This document shows positions 62,373 to 64,000 of a stretch of DNA of 64,000 nucleotides, piece by piece. Positions within the stretch are counted from its first letter, which is position 1. Each line of letters begins with the position of its first letter. The stretch lies in the NCBI GenBank assembly GCA_965221325.1, contig OZ244880.1; one strand, written 5' to 3'. This DNA comes from Candidatus Foliamicus sp. Its GTDB lineage: Bacteria > Pseudomonadota > Gammaproteobacteria > Steroidobacterales > Foliamicaceae. Position numbers and translations under genes: made by a program. The notes beneath the pieces are model-generated. The model was not told the DNA's origin, made no database searches, and saw nothing but the letters and a program-made list of their open reading frames with translations.

Positions 62373-62545
62373 TACTAGATTGAGGGCCTTATGAAGTTTC
62401 GGGCCGACATTAGTTGTAGCAAACCGCCAAGGCGCGCGCAGTCTCCCCCTTAGCCCGAACTCGAATACTGATTGCGTAGCGCTGGGCAAGGCCCAATGAC
62501 CTATTCTGTGGCATTCTTGAGCGGGCAAGAACCAGGGAGCAAGAA

Positions 62546-63412
62546 ATGGCCAGACCCCACATCGAGTTCATTCAATCGCAGGCGCTGCCCTGGCGGGGCG
62601 GCGTGTTCAACGGACGGTTCGACGGCGTGGCCGTGAAGGTTTTGAGCAAGGACGATGAGACCGGAGCCACCAGCAATATGGTCCGCTATCCCGCCGGCTG
62701 GTCGCGCAGCGGACCCGAGCACTTGAATGCGGATGAGGAATTGCTGGTCCTGGAAGGCGATCTTGAGATCAACGGCGTGAGCTACACCGACTTGTGTTAC
62801 GCGCACCTCCCCGCCGGCCACACGCGCCGAAGCGCTTCCAGCAAGGGTGGTGCGGTGGCACTGACCTTTCTTTCCCGGACGCCCGAGACCCTGACCGGAG
62901 AGGGTCCCGACGACGACAGCGAGCGACTGGTAACGAAAGTGGATACCTTGGGCACAAAACTGGACACCAGCTTGCGCGAGCTGGGCGTGGATGTCGATGA
63001 GGGCGACGGCATGCTCGACGGATTCCGCAAGTTCTCGCGCATCATCTGCCGCGAGGACCCGCACACGCACGACCAGACCTGGATATTGTCCGCGCCGCCG
63101 CTGTGGCGCAACGATGTCATCGAGATTCATCCGGTGGTGGAGGAGATGTACCTGCTGACCGGCGACCTGACCGGCGACACTGGGCTGATGAAACCGGGCG
63201 CCTATTTCTGGCGGCCGCCGGGCATGCCGCACGGGCCATTCGGCTCCAAGACCGGCAATCTGCTTTTCTTCCGCACTCAGGGGGGGCCACTTTCGACCGA
63301 TTTTCAGCCTGGTGCCCACCTGTTTAGTTGGGACGCAAAGCTCAAACCGGTGCTGCCGCCGGAACTGGCTGAATACGCACCTAAGGTCGAAGCCGAAGCG
63401 GGATATTGCTGA
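62546..63412 (+). CDS. bicupin protein (ChrR-like cupin / DUF4437-type)
   Basis: GGGAG then ATG 62546. Two cupin barrels: HLNADEELLVLEGDLEINGVSY...LPAGH and HPVVEEMYLLTGDLTGD...WRPPGMPHGPF. Confidence 0.75.
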   Translation: MARPHIEFIQSQALPWRGGVFNGRFDGVAVKVLSKDDETGATSNMVRYPAGWSRSGPEHLNADEELLVLEGDLEINGVSYTDLCYAHLPAGHTRRSASSKGGAVALTFLSRTPETLTGEGPDDDSERLVTKVDTLGTKLDTSLRELGVDVDEGDGMLDGFRKFSRIICREDPHTHDQTWILSAPPLWRNDVIEIHPVVEEMYLLTGDLTGDTGLMKPGAYFWRPPGMPHGPFGSKTGNLLFFRTQGGPLSTDFQPGAHLFSWDAKLKPVLPPELAEYAPKVEAEAGYC

Positions 63413-63444
63413 GGTCGGGGAGGCAAGGCGTACTGCCGACCGGC

Positions 63445-63552
63445 GGTTCATTCGCGTCCTCTTTCCGGAACACGCCGGCAAGCACCTCCCTGTGGGCTCG
63501 CATTCGCCATCCCTGGCTCATGATGGTTCCGGAAAGAGGACGCGAATGAACC
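63445..63552. repeat. perfect 27-bp inverted repeat with 54-nt spacer
   Basis: ggttcattcgcgtcctctttccggaac (63445-63471) is the exact reverse complement of gttccggaaagaggacgcgaatgaacc (63526-63552). It lies in the intergenic region between the bicupin and LLM genes. Confidence 0.9.
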
Positions 63553-63644
63553 TTTGGCTGCTGCGGGTACCCATAATTTGCGACCACTACCACTGCGGCG
63601 GGAGGCAGCGCGGCCTGTTGCAATGTGCGGGCTGGCGGTAAGTC

Positions 63645-64000
63645 ATGCGTTTTGGTCTGCGGCTGATCGAGTATCTGGGGGCCGTGCCGGAAATGGTGCG
63701 GCTGGCCGTGGCGGGGGAGAGGGCCGGCTTCGACAGCGTTTGGTTCCCGCATGACACCTTCATGCGCCACACCTGGGTGACGACGTCCGCGGTGGCCACG
63801 GCCACCCGGCGGATCCAGATCGGCTCGGTGGGTACCAACCCGTACACGACGCACCCGGTGGAATTGGCCACCTACGCCGCCACACTCGATGAACTGTCGG
63901 GTGGTCGCTTCATTCTGGGCATGGGCCTGCACACGCTGGACATGATCGGCTGGGCCGGAGTCGATGCGTCCGACTACCTGCAGCGCCACCGCGAGGCCGT
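63645..64000 (+). CDS. luciferase-like (LLM class) flavin-dependent oxidoreductase, N-terminal part (3' end outside window)
   Basis: Not in the ORF track because it has no stop within the window. ATG 63645 translates to MRFGLRLIEYLGAVPEMVRLAVAGERAGFDSVWFPHDTFMRH...GRFILGMGLH, a typical LLM/TIM-barrel N-terminus. Confidence 0.8.
   Translation, partial: MRFGLRLIEYLGAVPEMVRLAVAGERAGFDSVWFPHDTFMRHTWVTTSAVATATRRIQIGSVGTNPYTTHPVELATYAATLDELSGGRFILGMGLHTLDMIGWAGVDASDYLQRHREA

Overview
GC-rich (by eye about two-thirds G+C), densely coding proteobacterial chromosome segment. I saw no transposase, integrase, phage gene or CRISPR array. All calls come from reading the six-frame track and the raw sequence; homology is by motif recognition, not database search. 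Layout: (1) 0-19 kb holds transport and redox genes: MFS, moeA, sirB2-like, a TonB-dependent receptor (TBDR) downstream of an OmpR-type two-component system, a Nudix-MBL-GNAT-membrane protein operon, SDRs, a flavin monooxygenase plus a Rieske oxygenase, a GPH transporter and an aldehyde dehydrogenase. (2) 19.5-24.3 kb holds an orphan Fic protein with an AbiEi-like N-terminus, then three tandem secreted FGE-fold paralogues lacking the FGE catalytic cysteines. (3) 24.4-40.6 kb is housekeeping: lnt, a Tat-signal amine oxidase, czcCBA, corC-ybeY-phoH-miaB, and divergent ssb and uvrA. (4) 40.6-58.5 kb is an accessory uptake/catabolic region with two more TBDRs, an SSS symporter, HisD-like and MetE-like enzymes, a quinone oxidoreductase, cupins, five paralogous double SnoaL/NTF2-like proteins, and a small AT-richer two-gene orphan module. 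(5) 58.6-62.4 kb is an rRNA operon on the minus strand that reads promoter, boxA, tRNA-Ile, tRNA-Ala, 23S, 5S with no 16S gene. (6) The right edge has a ChrR-type bicupin, a perfect 27-bp inverted repeat, and a 3'-truncated luciferase-like monooxygenase that the ORF track misses. The most interesting items are the double-SnoaL/TBDR locus of unknown substrate, the 16S-less rRNA operon, the AbiEi-Fic fusion, the GTTAC direct repeats with a small peptide gene beside the two-component system, and the AT-rich orphan pair with shared palindromes.
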